From an uncultured Acidimicrobiaceae bacterium (GTDB lineage Bacteria; Actinomycetota; Acidimicrobiia; Spongiisociales; UBA5794): a DNA stretch of 64,000 bases. Within the stretch, counting starts at the first letter, position 1; each line of letters starts with the position of its first letter. The stretch spans positions 21,498-85,497 of the forward strand of contig CAMYKI010000004.1 in the NCBI GenBank assembly GCA_947258985.1, given 5' to 3'. Of this stretch, positions 29,215-39,965 are shown piece after piece. The position numbers and the translations under genes were made by a program. The notes below the pieces were generated by a model that saw nothing but the letters and a program-made list of their open reading frames with translations, did no database searches and was not told the origin of the DNA.

Positions 29215-29982
29215 TCAGTTGCCGGCCCCAGATAAAATGACGTCACCGGAGACTGCGGGTACCGAAACAAGCAGCGTCTTCTCGCTCGGGCTCCCATCCC
29301 CGTCGGGAAGCTTGTTGCGAAGGCGCCCGGATAGGCTGGTGAAGTCGAGTTCGATCGTACGTCGCGGCGGGACACCGAGGTGGAGATCACCCGACATCGT
29401 CTTCAATCGGATCTCGCTTCCCTCGAAACTCGCAATCCGCACATCGCTACTGGCTACCTTGCATATGGCGCTATCGCCGATGCAGTCGACGTAGACATTT
29501 CCACTGGCCGCATTGAGCCGCAGAGACCGGTCGATGCTCCCCAAACGTACCGTGCCGGACGCTGTGTTCACCTCGGCGTCTCTTGCCGCGTTGATACGAA
29601 TGTCGCCGGAGGCGCTGTTCACCCGGCAGATTGTCGCCACCCGGTCGACGCGAATATCGCCACTCGCCACCGATGCGTGCAGCTCCGCGGCGGGGCTCTG
29701 CACGGTGATATCTCCGGACGTACAGGACAGCTCCAGGCTGGACCCGTCGGGGACACTGAGGACAATGTCCGCCGACGAACCTAGGAAGCGGCCCTTGCGG
29801 CGGGGCTCGACCGAGATGACATCGCCGATCTGGTCGACTTCGTATTCCTCAGCTCCCCCGCCGTCGATGGCCACTCGGACGCCATGAGGCTCTCCGCTGA
29901 CAACGGTTATGGCGCCCCGCCTGGTTGCCGCAATGATGCGAACCGTAGAACCGACCTTGAAGGACTCGACGCGATCACTCAT
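29215..29982 (-). CDS. DUF4097-family beta-strand-repeat protein (LiaF C-domain-like, 'putative adhesin' fold)
   Basis: 255 aa with 8-9 degenerate repeats of about 20 aa, each containing SGD(I/V) (e.g. TSGDITVQS, ASGDIRVDR, ASGDIRINA). The stop is 6 nt from the udk start. Confidence 0.6.
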   Translation of the reverse strand: MSDRVESFKVGSTVRIIAATRRGAITVVSGEPHGVRVAIDGGGAEEYEVDQIGDVISVEPRRKGRFLGSSADIVLSVPDGSSLELSCTSGDITVQSPAAELHASVASGDIRVDRVATICRVNSASGDIRINAARDAEVNTASGTVRLGSIDRSLRLNAASGNVYVDCIGDSAICKVASSDVRIASFEGSEIRLKTMSGDLHLGVPPRRTIELDFTSLSGRLRNKLPDGDGSPSEKTLLVSVPAVSGDVILSGAGN

Positions 29983-30422
29983 GTGTTGAAGGTCTCCCGG
30001 ATTCGCCTGCCCCTACGGCTGCCTGTGGCGCCACTGGCGAGCGTCTTGATCACAAAGCTGTTCATCGAGTCGCCGGCGTCGTCGGCCGCCTCCTCGAGCG
30101 CAGATTTGAGGTTCACCGGCAGGCGGACGGTCATTCGCGCCTCCAGGTCGTCGACGCTGAACGTCTGCTCGTTGACGTCGCTGCGGAGAATCAGCGTCGG
30201 TTCGCCATCACTCAGGACGACGTCGATTCGCCCGCTAGTTAGCTGTGCCCCGATTTCGCTTGCAGCCTGTTCAGCAATCTCCAGTACAGCTTGCCGTATC
30301 GCCGGGCCCATTCCGCCGACAAGTGCGTCGACGACTTGTTCGACGGCGGGATCGTCCGCGGCAAGTCTGCCTTGAACAACGAGGTGGTCCTCGAGCTTTG
30401 CCGCAATGGCTTCGGTGTTCAT
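29979..30422 (-). CDS. Hypothetical protein with a C-terminal ribbon-helix-helix (Arc/CopG/HicB-like) segment
   Basis: 147 aa. The C-terminal RMTVRLPVNLKSALEEAADDAGDSMNSFVIKTL is an RHH beta-strand plus helix pattern. It overlaps the DUF4097 gene by 4 nt. Confidence 0.45.
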   Translation of the reverse strand: MNTEAIAAKLEDHLVVQGRLAADDPAVEQVVDALVGGMGPAIRQAVLEIAEQAASEIGAQLTSGRIDVVLSDGEPTLILRSDVNEQTFSVDDLEARMTVRLPVNLKSALEEAADDAGDSMNSFVIKTLASGATGSRRGRRIRETFNT

Positions 30423-30445
30423 CGGTCCTCCGTTGTCCTCTGTCG

Positions 30446-30592
30446 CTAGACGACGATGCTCGCAGCTTCGGCTTCGGCCTCCATGGCGATCAATTTGAGA
30501 CGAGGCCGGCGCATCCGATGCCCGTCGCTCACCTGCCGGACCCGCTCATTGTGCAACGCCCTCAGGATCTCGGGGTTGTTAGTCCACAACAT
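30446..30592 (-). CDS. Small ORF (48 aa), not in the ORF track
   Basis: MLWTNNPEILRALHNERVRQVSDGHRMRRPRLKLIAMEAEAEAASIVV. GGAGGAACAG precedes the ATG, and the stop is 23 nt before the RHH gene start. It looks like the first gene of the udk operon. The protein is unknown and basic. Confidence 0.3.
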   Translation of the reverse strand: MLWTNNPEILRALHNERVRQVSDGHRMRRPRLKLIAMEAEAEAASIVV

Positions 30593-30734
30593 CTGTTCCT
30601 CCGCTCCTCGGCGTCTCCGCCTTCCGACACCGTCGTGACATTACTATGATGTCATAGCAATGTCACTCTGTCAAGAGAGGTCCTTCCTCTCCTTTCTTGC
30701 GTAAGCCATGCCGGGATACCGGCACCAGTTACGC

Positions 30735-30887
30735 AGGAACGGTGGGGCGCCGGTGGTAGAGTTAGCGTGATCCCCACCCCGGGGAGTTCGGGAACGCCGA
30801 ACTGAGAGGGTGACCGGCGCCGGGCACATGCCCGCAACGTTACCGACCCGCGGAACCTGAACTGGGTCATGCCAGCGGAGGAAGCGC
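30735..30887 (+). promoter_or_regulatory. TPP (thiamine pyrophosphate) riboswitch / THI element
   Basis: The conserved blocks are present in order: GGGGCGCC / GGTG, CTGAGA (30802-30807), ACC..CCC, GAACCTGAAC, TGGGTCATGCCAGC and GGAGGAAG. The last block overlaps the ribosome-binding site of the downstream thiamine pyrophosphokinase gene. Thiamine-related genes follow. Confidence 0.7.
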
Positions 30888-31541
30888 GTGGAACGCATCC
30901 AGCCCGAGAGGGCACTTATCATTGCCGGAGGGAACCGGGTCAAGGCCGATCTGCTCGATCGCATCGACCGGCCGACATATATCGTCGCCGCCGACTCCGG
31001 GCTCGACCATGCATACGAATTGGGTCTCCGTCCGGATGTTGTTGTCGGAGACATGGACTCGGTCACTGCAAAGAGCCTCGCCCGAGCTACCGACGAGGGT
31101 GTCGAGATACGTCGCCACCCGATCGCAAAAGATGCCACCGACCTGGAACTGGCGATAGATCTCGTCTTCGAGCGCGGACTGCGCCACGCCACCATCATCG
31201 GCGGCACCGGCGGAAGGTTCGCCCATACGCTGGCAAACGCACTTCTCCTCACTACTGCCGGCGACGTTCGACTCAACTGGCTCACATCGCACGCCCGAAT
31301 CACGCCCCTCCGCACCGGCGAGACCGGCATCTTCCCGGCAACCGACGGTCCGCTGCTTTCGATCCTTTCCGTCGGTGGCCCCGCCTCGGGTACATCCTCG
31401 GGCCTGCGCTGGCCACTCGGAGATTTGACCCTTACCCCGGGATCGACCCGGGGAATCAGCAACGAGATTCTGGGACCCGAGGCCTCCGTGACGATCGAGG
31501 AGGGCTGCGTCCTGCTGGTCCATGAAAGGAACAACGAATGA
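30888..31541 (+). CDS. thiN: Thiamine pyrophosphokinase (thiamine diphosphokinase, ThiN/TPK)
   Basis: 217 aa with the VVGDMDS catalytic motif and a C-terminal thiamine-binding domain. A GTG start follows a GGAGGAAG ribosome-binding site. Confidence 0.75.
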   Translation: MERIQPERALIIAGGNRVKADLLDRIDRPTYIVAADSGLDHAYELGLRPDVVVGDMDSVTAKSLARATDEGVEIRRHPIAKDATDLELAIDLVFERGLRHATIIGGTGGRFAHTLANALLLTTAGDVRLNWLTSHARITPLRTGETGIFPATDGPLLSILSVGGPASGTSSGLRWPLGDLTLTPGSTRGISNEILGPEASVTIEEGCVLLVHERNNE

Positions 31542-32596
31542 CCCGCCACCGCAAGCTCGTGCTGCCGGCCTTGACTACCGCAATTCTCCTCATCGCCACT
31601 GGGTGCACTTCCGACGACGACACAGCGAACGAACCACCGAATGAGCTCGTCCTGATGACACACGACTCGTTTGCCCTCAGCGAAGGAACGCTCGAGCAAT
31701 TCACCGAGGACACCGGCATCGCGGTCACGGTGCTCAAATCCGGAGATGCCGGGACGATGCTCAGCCAGGCGATACTCACCAAGGACAACCCGATCGCCGA
31801 CGTGATCTTCGGAGTCGATAACACGTTCCTGTCACGAGCGCTTGCCGAGGGAGTGTTTGCGGAACACGAATCATCGTCTCTAGCCGACGTCCACGCCGGC
31901 TTGATCGCCGACCCGCGGGTCACCCCAATCGACTTCGGTGATGTGTGCGTCAACTACGACAGGGCGGCATTTACCGACTCTCCCCCGCCGGCAAGTCTGC
32001 TTGACCTCACCAAACCCGAGTACCGCAATATGCTCGTCGTGCAGGACCCCGCCAGTTCTTCGCCCGGGCTGGCCTTCCTGCTTGCAACGATCGGCACGTT
32101 CGGAGATGACGGCGAATACACGTGGCGTGACTACTGGGAGGATCTCAGCCAAAACGGCGTGCTCGTCGCATCCGGCTGGACCGAGGCGTACCAGGGTGCG
32201 TTCACCGCTGGAGGAGGCGGAGGCGACCGTCCCATCGTCGTCTCCTACGCGTCGTCACCGGCGGTGGGGGTCTACTTCACCGACCCTCCTCCGCGCGAAG
32301 CACCGACGGCCAGCCTGCTCGAAGGCTGCTTCCGTCAAGTCGAATACGCCGGTGTCGTGGCGGGGACGGGACACGAAGACGCTGCAGGCCTCCTCGTCGA
32401 CCACCTACTGTCGGTGCCCGTCCAGGAAGACATCCCGCTCAACATGTTCGTGTACCCGGCAAACGCCCAGGCGGAAATACCCGAGGTATTCACCTCGTTC
32501 TCGCCGGTCCCGGGATCTCCCGTTGAGCTACCGGTCGACACGATCGAACAGAACCGCGAAAGATGGATCGACGAGTGGACAGACATCCTCCGCTGA
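31538..32596 (+). CDS. thiB: Thiamine ABC transporter substrate-binding lipoprotein (ThiB/TbpA-like)
   Basis: Lipobox LLIATGCTSDD. The SBP_bac_1 / thiamine-binding fold is recognisable (YWEDL, GWTEAYQGAF). It overlaps thiN by 4 nt. Confidence 0.75.
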   Translation: MTRHRKLVLPALTTAILLIATGCTSDDDTANEPPNELVLMTHDSFALSEGTLEQFTEDTGIAVTVLKSGDAGTMLSQAILTKDNPIADVIFGVDNTFLSRALAEGVFAEHESSSLADVHAGLIADPRVTPIDFGDVCVNYDRAAFTDSPPPASLLDLTKPEYRNMLVVQDPASSSPGLAFLLATIGTFGDDGEYTWRDYWEDLSQNGVLVASGWTEAYQGAFTAGGGGGDRPIVVSYASSPAVGVYFTDPPPREAPTASLLEGCFRQVEYAGVVAGTGHEDAAGLLVDHLLSVPVQEDIPLNMFVYPANAQAEIPEVFTSFSPVPGSPVELPVDTIEQNRERWIDEWTDILR

Positions 32597-34211
32597 CGGC
32601 CTCCCGATTGGGTGGCTTCGCCGTGATGGCGGTGCCACTCTTGTTTCTCGGGTACTTTTTCGTCTATCCCCTCCTAACAGTCCTCGCCACGGGTTTCACC
32701 ACAGACGGGGCCCTCGACTTCGGGCCCCTGCAGACGATCTTCAAGAGAAGCGCTCTCGTCAACGTCGCATGGTTCACACTCTGGCAAGCGGTGGCCTCGA
32801 CCGTGCTGACACTGCTGATAGCCCTGCCCGCGGCGAACGTGATGGCTCGCTACGACTTTCCAGGAAAACGATTTGTCAGGGCAGCAATCGTGGTGCCATT
32901 CGTGCTACCGACTGTGGTGGTAGGCAGTGCGTTCCTTGCCGTGCTGGGCCCGACCGGGCCACTTCGGGTCGATCTGCGCCAAACCGTCTGGGCAATCCTC
33001 ATCGCGCACGTGTTCTTCAACTACGCCATAGTCGTCCGCACCGTCGGTACCTATTGGGAGAGAATCGATCCGCAGCTTCTCGAAGCTGCGCAGATGCTCG
33101 GAGGAAACCGCTTGGCGGTTTTCCGCAAGGTGACCTACCCACTTCTGCGGCCGGCTATTGCATCGGCGGCCTCGCTGGTCTTTCTCTTCACGTTCACCTC
33201 TTTTGGAATCATCCTCATCCTCGGCGGCCTGAGACACGCCACGATCGAGGTAGAGATCTGGCGCCAGGCAACCGGGCTCGTCAACTTCGAAGTAGCCGCC
33301 GCCCTGGCGTTCCTCCAGATCGTCGGGATATCGACGATCCTCGTCCTGTATTCGCGATATCAGGAGCGCCGTGCCGTTCAGTTCACGCCGCGCCCCGCCG
33401 CCGATGCCATCCGACCGGCCACGCCACTGCAGCGATGGCACGTCATCAGCAACCTGACCGTCATGGCGATACTGCTCGGCGGGCCGCTTCTCATCCTGGT
33501 CGAGCGATCCTTCCGTTCCGAGTCGGGTTACAGCTTGGCTGCCTACAGCAGTCTGGGTGAGCCGATCGGAGGCCTGGCCGTCGCCCCCACCGCCGCCATG
33601 CTCAACAGTGTCCGCTTTGCGGTCGCGGCAACAGTGCTGGCCGTTGGGATCGGCCTCGCCGCGGCAACCGTCATTGCATATCGGCGAGGATGGATCGGCC
33701 GCGGATTTGATGCCCTACTAATGCTCCCCCTCGGCACCTCAGCAGTCACCCTCGGATTTGGTTTCCTGCTCGCTCTAGACCAACCGATTGACCTGAGAAC
33801 TTCGATCTGGCTGATCCCGGTAGCGCATGCGCTCGTCGCCATGCCATTCGTGGTCCGTACCTCCGTACCGGTTCTTCGTTCGGTCAAGCACCACTTGCGC
33901 GAGGCCGCAGCAACGCTGGGAGCCACACCGCAACAGGTGTGGCGCGAGGTGGACCTCCCGATGGTGACTCGGGCCGCCCTAATCGGAGCGGGATTTGCGT
34001 TTGCGGTGTCCCTCGGGGAATTCGGAGCAACATCCTTTCTGGCCCTTCCAACCAACCCGACACTTCCAACGGCGATATTCCGGCTTCTGGGGAGGCCGGG
34101 AACGTCGAGCTTTACCTATGCAATGGCCCTCAGCACAATCCTCATGATCGGTACCGCCGCCGCCGTCATCGCCATCGAACGGCTCCGCACCGACACGGTG
34201 GGCGACTTCTG

Positions 34212-34212
<1 letters not shown>
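32563..34212 (+). CDS. thiP: Thiamine/iron-type ABC transporter permease with duplicated 6-TM domains (ThiP-like)
   Basis: 549 aa with two BPD_transp_1 domains, each carrying the EAA-like motif. The start is uncertain: 32563 overlaps thiB by 34 nt, and an alternative ATG lies at 32626. Confidence 0.7.
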
Positions 34213-35222
<1,010 letters not shown>

Positions 35223-35789
35223 TCAGGCCGTTTCGACTACCCCTTCTTCTGTGGCCAGGTATTCAACCGGTATGTCGTGAGAATCCGCAGGAAGCCGATC
35301 AACGACGAGTGCGCCAGGCACTACACCGACTCGCCTTGCGTCTTCCCGAGTCGAGATGAGCAACCGATCGAAGTAGCCGGCGCCCCGCCCCAACCTATTG
35401 CCATACAGGTCGAAAGCGAGACCCGGCAGCAACGCGACATCTATCTCGTCCGGTCCCACCATCGGAGCGGACTCGTGGGGTTGGAGGAATCCGAACCGAT
35501 GGACCTCGAGCGGCCCGCCCAGCTCGTGAACGGTGAGTTCCCCCCGATCGGGAGTACGGGTCGCTACAAACCGGGTCACATCGTCGCCTTCCAGCAGAGG
35601 CACCAGATTCACCTCTTGGCTCATGGGGAGGAACACCAGGACCGTCATGTAGTCATCCGGAACTATCCAATGCTGGAGACCATCGACAATCGATGCCGAT
35701 AGTGTCTCCCAGTCCAGATCGACTCGACTGAGCTTGGCCCACTCTCGCCAGTCGCCTTTCGATGAGCCCGGTTGCGGAGCAAGACTCAC
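35223..35789 (-). CDS. 5-formyltetrahydrofolate cyclo-ligase (MTHFS)
   Basis: GLAFDLYGNRLGRGAGYFDRLL is the signature motif of the 5-FCL family. Confidence 0.75.
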   Translation of the reverse strand: MSLAPQPGSSKGDWREWAKLSRVDLDWETLSASIVDGLQHWIVPDDYMTVLVFLPMSQEVNLVPLLEGDDVTRFVATRTPDRGELTVHELGGPLEVHRFGFLQPHESAPMVGPDEIDVALLPGLAFDLYGNRLGRGAGYFDRLLISTREDARRVGVVPGALVVDRLPADSHDIPVEYLATEEGVVETA

Positions 35790-36688
35790 TTACTGAGCCG
35801 GGGACCGAGCTTGCCGAACTCGTCCTCCGATGAGAACGGAACCATGTAGTCGATCTCGCTCCTGATGTCCCTGAGGTGAGCTGCGATGTCCTCGACGGTC
35901 AACTCCCCATCGTTCGGGTGCTTGAAGTAGCCCTCGGTGAGGCCGACAAAGAGGCGGCTGACCGACCCTCCCCCAACCGACCAGATCTCCCCCGTCAACT
36001 CACAGTCTTGAGACACCAGGTAGGCAACGGCCGGCGAAACCTGCGATGGCGAAAACATCTCCATGATTCCGCCAAACAACCCTTCGGTCATCCGCGTGTG
36101 GGCAATGGGAGCCACGGAGTTCACCCGGATGTTGTACTTCGCTCCCTCGATCTTGAGAACATTCATGAGGCCTACAAGACCCATCTTGGCCGCTGCATAG
36201 TTGGCTTGGCCAAAGTTGCCCATAACGCCGGATCCGCTCGTTGTGAACAGGATCCGGCCGTAACCCTGCTCCTTCATGTGAGCAAACGCCGGCTGCGTCA
36301 CATAAAAGGCCCCTAGCAGGTGAACGTCGAGGACCGGATGAACCAGGTCGGGACCCATGTTGGCGAAACTCTTATCACGCAGAATGCCGGCGTTGTTGAT
36401 AACGATATCGATCCGGCCGTACTTGTTGATCGCCGTCTCGACGATGGCGGCACCGCCGCCGGGATCGGCAACCGAGGAGTGCTCGGCAACGGCCACTCCC
36501 CCGGCAGCCTTGATTTCGGCCACAACCGCATCGGCGGCACTCATGTTGGCGCCTTCGCCCGACACCGAGCCGCCAAGATCATTCACAACGACCGTCGCCC
36601 CTCGGGATGCAAGCAGCAGCGCGTGCTCTCTGCCCAAACCGCCGCCAGCCCCGGTGACTATCGCTACCCGGTCTTGGAAGTCCACCAT
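35786..36688 (-). CDS. SDR-family oxidoreductase (3-hydroxyacyl-CoA / multifunctional-enzyme-2 dehydrogenase-like)
   Basis: TGAGGGLG Rossmann motif, NNAG, and the catalytic YAAAK. The start is taken at the internal ATG preceded by GAGAGGGG. It overlaps the MTHFS gene by 4 nt. Confidence 0.75.
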   Translation of the reverse strand: MVDFQDRVAIVTGAGGGLGREHALLLASRGATVVVNDLGGSVSGEGANMSAADAVVAEIKAAGGVAVAEHSSVADPGGGAAIVETAINKYGRIDIVINNAGILRDKSFANMGPDLVHPVLDVHLLGAFYVTQPAFAHMKEQGYGRILFTTSGSGVMGNFGQANYAAAKMGLVGLMNVLKIEGAKYNIRVNSVAPIAHTRMTEGLFGGIMEMFSPSQVSPAVAYLVSQDCELTGEIWSVGGGSVSRLFVGLTEGYFKHPNDGELTVEDIAAHLRDIRSEIDYMVPFSSEDEFGKLGPRLSK

Positions 36689-36798
36689 CTCGGCCCCTCT
36701 CAGGAGAATCGTTGGTCTCACTGCGAACGATACTCCGATCGGCACCGACGCCGTTCTCCGTAGACACACTCTCACCAGGTCGGGTACTCTCTTGCTCA

Positions 36799-37998
36799 AT
36801 GGAGGCAAGGGATTCACGGTCGAAAATCCGGCCGCTCCCCGTAGACGACATCGACGGCGACGCCCCGCATCGTCCCGTCGAACCCCAGCCGCGGCGCTGG
36901 TTGCCGCTGGTTGTGATCGTTGTGGGAGCTATCGCGTTCGGAGTTGTGGCGCGCGGTCTCAGCCCGGTTGCCCAGCCCGAATCGGCAGCCGGCACAACGA
37001 CAACACCCCCTCCGCTATCTGCCGAACCGGAACCGACGACAACCACCGAGGCGCCACCGCCGCCGCCACCGCCTCTGGCTCGGTTGCTCCCCTTTGCGAA
37101 TGACGGTCTCCGTCTGGTCACGATTGGCATAACCGCTAGGCCGGGACACTGGCCGCCCGATGCCACCGAGCCCGAGGTGAGCGGCACGATCTCCCGCGCA
37201 ACCCATGCCGAATACAACGCAAGCGGCTCCCGAGTCGCCGTGCAGACTGCGGTGAAGGGCGGCTCCATAGTCATAGACGAAAGCACAGGGGGTAGCCCGA
37301 TCTACCTCAGGGAGGATGTGAGCAGCGGACACTGGCATCCGACCAATCCCGACCTGTTTGCTTGGACCCGCACAACCGAGACACCGTCCGGAGAGCTCGC
37401 CACATCGGTGTTCGTCGGAGACGTCTCCACCTATGACGGAGCGAGCCTGGAACCGATCTCCGGGATCGACTTCGAGGGCGGCCCACACTTTCTGCTCGGG
37501 TGGGGCGACTGGGGCTTCCTGATCGCCGACGAAGGTCAGCCGACCGGGCCGATCTTCCGCTACACGCTCGAGGGCTCAGATCCGATCGAGCTCGATGGTG
37601 TGTTCTTCGACGTGACCGAGAACGGCACGATTCTGATGGCCCGCGTTGAGGACAACGGATTTCTACCGTATCTCGTCGATGCCGATGGCGTGGAAACCGA
37701 ATTGGTGGGTCTGGACGTCGGCGTCTCCGACTTCCGAATAACACCAGATGGCGCTTGGGTGATCGCGGTCACTCCGCAGACGGACAGGCACACCTCGATA
37801 CTGGCGCGGACGGTCCACTCCCGATCGACGCGCTTGAGTTCTGTCAACGGCTCGGCCCGGATCGTCGACCTGGTGCGGGGCGGTCAGTACCTGGTCCTCC
37901 AAGAGGCCGACTCCGGCGACCTGGTTTTCAAGGATTGGAATACCGGCGCGGAATTCCGGCTCCTGGTGGAGTCCGAAGTCACGGCCGTTTTCCTGTAG
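36799..37998 (+). CDS. Hypothetical membrane-anchored protein with a Pro/Thr-rich linker and a predicted beta-rich extracytoplasmic domain
   Basis: A TM helix (WLPLVVIVVGAIAFGVVA) is followed by a TTTPPPLSAEPEPTTTTEAPPPPPPP linker and about 300 aa with TolB/beta-propeller-like composition. The start is uncertain (36712 vs 36799). Confidence 0.4.
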   Translation: MEARDSRSKIRPLPVDDIDGDAPHRPVEPQPRRWLPLVVIVVGAIAFGVVARGLSPVAQPESAAGTTTTPPPLSAEPEPTTTTEAPPPPPPPLARLLPFANDGLRLVTIGITARPGHWPPDATEPEVSGTISRATHAEYNASGSRVAVQTAVKGGSIVIDESTGGSPIYLREDVSSGHWHPTNPDLFAWTRTTETPSGELATSVFVGDVSTYDGASLEPISGIDFEGGPHFLLGWGDWGFLIADEGQPTGPIFRYTLEGSDPIELDGVFFDVTENGTILMARVEDNGFLPYLVDADGVETELVGLDVGVSDFRITPDGAWVIAVTPQTDRHTSILARTVHSRSTRLSSVNGSARIVDLVRGGQYLVLQEADSGDLVFKDWNTGAEFRLLVESEVTAVFL

Positions 37999-38004
37999 GA
38001 AGGC

Positions 38005-39186
38005 TTACAGCAGTTCCCGAAGAGCCGCTGCCAGGTTGCCCCGCTTCGCCACTTTCACATCCTTCAGACCGAGCCATTCGCTCATGGATGTGATCTCGGG
38101 CGCAAGCCGGACGGCGACGTCGCCCGGGTTTCGACCGTCTTCGTTGTACGCACCCTGCACCAGCAATGTGGAAGCCTTGCGATCAGACTTGAGGTCAACC
38201 CGACCCACTAGTTCGCCGTCAACGAGAAACGGCAACACGTAGTAGCCGTAGACACGCTTTGGCTGAGGCACGTAGATCTCGATCCGGTAGCGGAACCCAA
38301 ACAACCGCTCCGTCCGGTCACGCTCCCAGACGAGCGAATCGAACGGACTGATCAACGCAGCTCCGGAGATCTTGCGCGGGAGCTTCGCTTCCGGATGCAT
38401 GTACCCGGGGTGTTTCCAGCCCTCCACCCGGACTTCCCGTATCTCCCCTTCTCCCGCCAGTTCGTCAATCACAGAGCGCGACGTGGGTCGGTGCAGCCGG
38501 TAGTAGTCGGCCAGATCGGTGGCCGTGCCAACTCCGTGGTGGCGGGCCGCCAGCACCAGCAACTTGCGGAAGGCATCGCGCTTCTCCACAGCCGGCGAGT
38601 GCAGATATTCGGCGACGACTACCCGCTCCGGTAGGTCGTAGAGCCGGCCAAAATTGCCGTTCCGGTAGGCCGCCACCCGGCCTTTGGCGAACAACCAGTC
38701 AAGCGCAACCTTTCCCTTGCCGTGGCCCCACCACGGCCCGGTGCGGTCGCCCGGGTCCGATAGATCGGACACCGTCAACGGCCCATGAGCCGCGATCTCG
38801 TCGTAGACCGAATCGACATAACCCGGATGGCCGCCGATGATCCCCTTGATCCGGCGCCACGGCTCTATCTCTGCCATCCGCCACCTCAGTAGCGGGTAAC
38901 GCTCCACCGGCAGCACCGATGCCTCATGGGCCCAGTACTCGAACATCTCCCCGCTCCGCGCGGTGTACTCATCTAGAGCGTCTATCGAATACGGACCGAG
39001 ACGTGCCCACATCGGCAAATAGTGAGATCGTTGCAGCACATTGACCGAATCCAGTTGCAGCAGACCGACCCTGTCGATGACACGCCGGAAGTGGCGACGA
39101 TCCACCCTTCCTCGGGGCCGGGCATCAGCGAACCCCTGCGCCGCCAACGCGATGCGACGCGCCTGATCGTTGCTCAGTTGCCGCAC
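38005..39186 (-). CDS. Winged-helix DNA-binding protein of the YcaQ/AlkZ family (DUF1006; DNA interstrand-crosslink glycosylase family)
   Basis: 393 aa with family-typical segments (LQLDSVNVL, YWAHEASVLP, AYRNGNFGRLYDLPE, IEIYVP). Confidence 0.65.
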   Translation of the reverse strand: MRQLSNDQARRIALAAQGFADARPRGRVDRRHFRRVIDRVGLLQLDSVNVLQRSHYLPMWARLGPYSIDALDEYTARSGEMFEYWAHEASVLPVERYPLLRWRMAEIEPWRRIKGIIGGHPGYVDSVYDEIAAHGPLTVSDLSDPGDRTGPWWGHGKGKVALDWLFAKGRVAAYRNGNFGRLYDLPERVVVAEYLHSPAVEKRDAFRKLLVLAARHHGVGTATDLADYYRLHRPTSRSVIDELAGEGEIREVRVEGWKHPGYMHPEAKLPRKISGAALISPFDSLVWERDRTERLFGFRYRIEIYVPQPKRVYGYYVLPFLVDGELVGRVDLKSDRKASTLLVQGAYNEDGRNPGDVAVRLAPEITSMSEWLGLKDVKVAKRGNLAAALRELL

Positions 39187-39230
39187 GAAGCCTCCGGAGC
39201 GCTCGGGAACGGTTGGACTACGCTACTGCG

Positions 39231-39965
39231 ATGGCTCGGAAGATACTTCTCGGCATCAAATCTGTGATCGTTGTGCCCCTGTTCTGGGTGTTCACGATCC
39301 TTCTGTCGGCAATCTTTGTTCTGGTGATGACACTGGGTTTCCGCCGAGCCGGCGAGTTCTTCGTCAATCTGTGGAGCAGTGCATTCCTCGCCGTTGCCCC
39401 ACTTCGTTGGAAGGTCGCGGGTACCGAACACGTCCAGCCGGGAACGCAGTACTTCTTCCTCGCCAACCACCTTTCCAACTTCGATATCCCTCTACTGTTC
39501 CGGGCCATCCCGACGCCGATCAGGTTCCTGGCAAAGAAGGAGTTGTACAAGATTCCGGTCTTTGCTCAGGCGCTCAACGTTGCCGGTATCGTCAAGATCG
39601 ACCGCGGGGCGGGGGCAGCCTCCTATGCGGCCATCAACGAAGGCGTCGCCAAGGCCAAGAAAAACGGCTATTCGCTCATCGTGTTTCCCGAGGGGACCCG
39701 GAGTCGCGACGGCGAACTGCACCCCTTCAAGAAAGGGGCGTTTCGCATGGCCATCTCGACAGGGCTGCCGGTGGTGCCGGTAACGGTGAACGGTACATGG
39801 GAGGTGTGGCCACCCGGGTCCAAGGTGTTTTACAGAGGCGATGGCAACGTTGTGATCCACGAGCCCATAGAGACGGCGCACCTGACCGTGAAGGACATCG
39901 ATGCGCTGCGGACCCAGGTCTACGACGTAATTGAGAGGCAGTTCCGGATCTTGCATCAGTCGTAG
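39231..39965 (+). CDS. plsC: 1-acyl-sn-glycerol-3-phosphate acyltransferase
   Basis: HxxxxD motif NHLSNFD, FPEGTRS block, and an N-terminal TM helix. Confidence 0.75.
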   Translation: MARKILLGIKSVIVVPLFWVFTILLSAIFVLVMTLGFRRAGEFFVNLWSSAFLAVAPLRWKVAGTEHVQPGTQYFFLANHLSNFDIPLLFRAIPTPIRFLAKKELYKIPVFAQALNVAGIVKIDRGAGAASYAAINEGVAKAKKNGYSLIVFPEGTRSRDGELHPFKKGAFRMAISTGLPVVPVTVNGTWEVWPPGSKVFYRGDGNVVIHEPIETAHLTVKDIDALRTQVYDVIERQFRILHQS

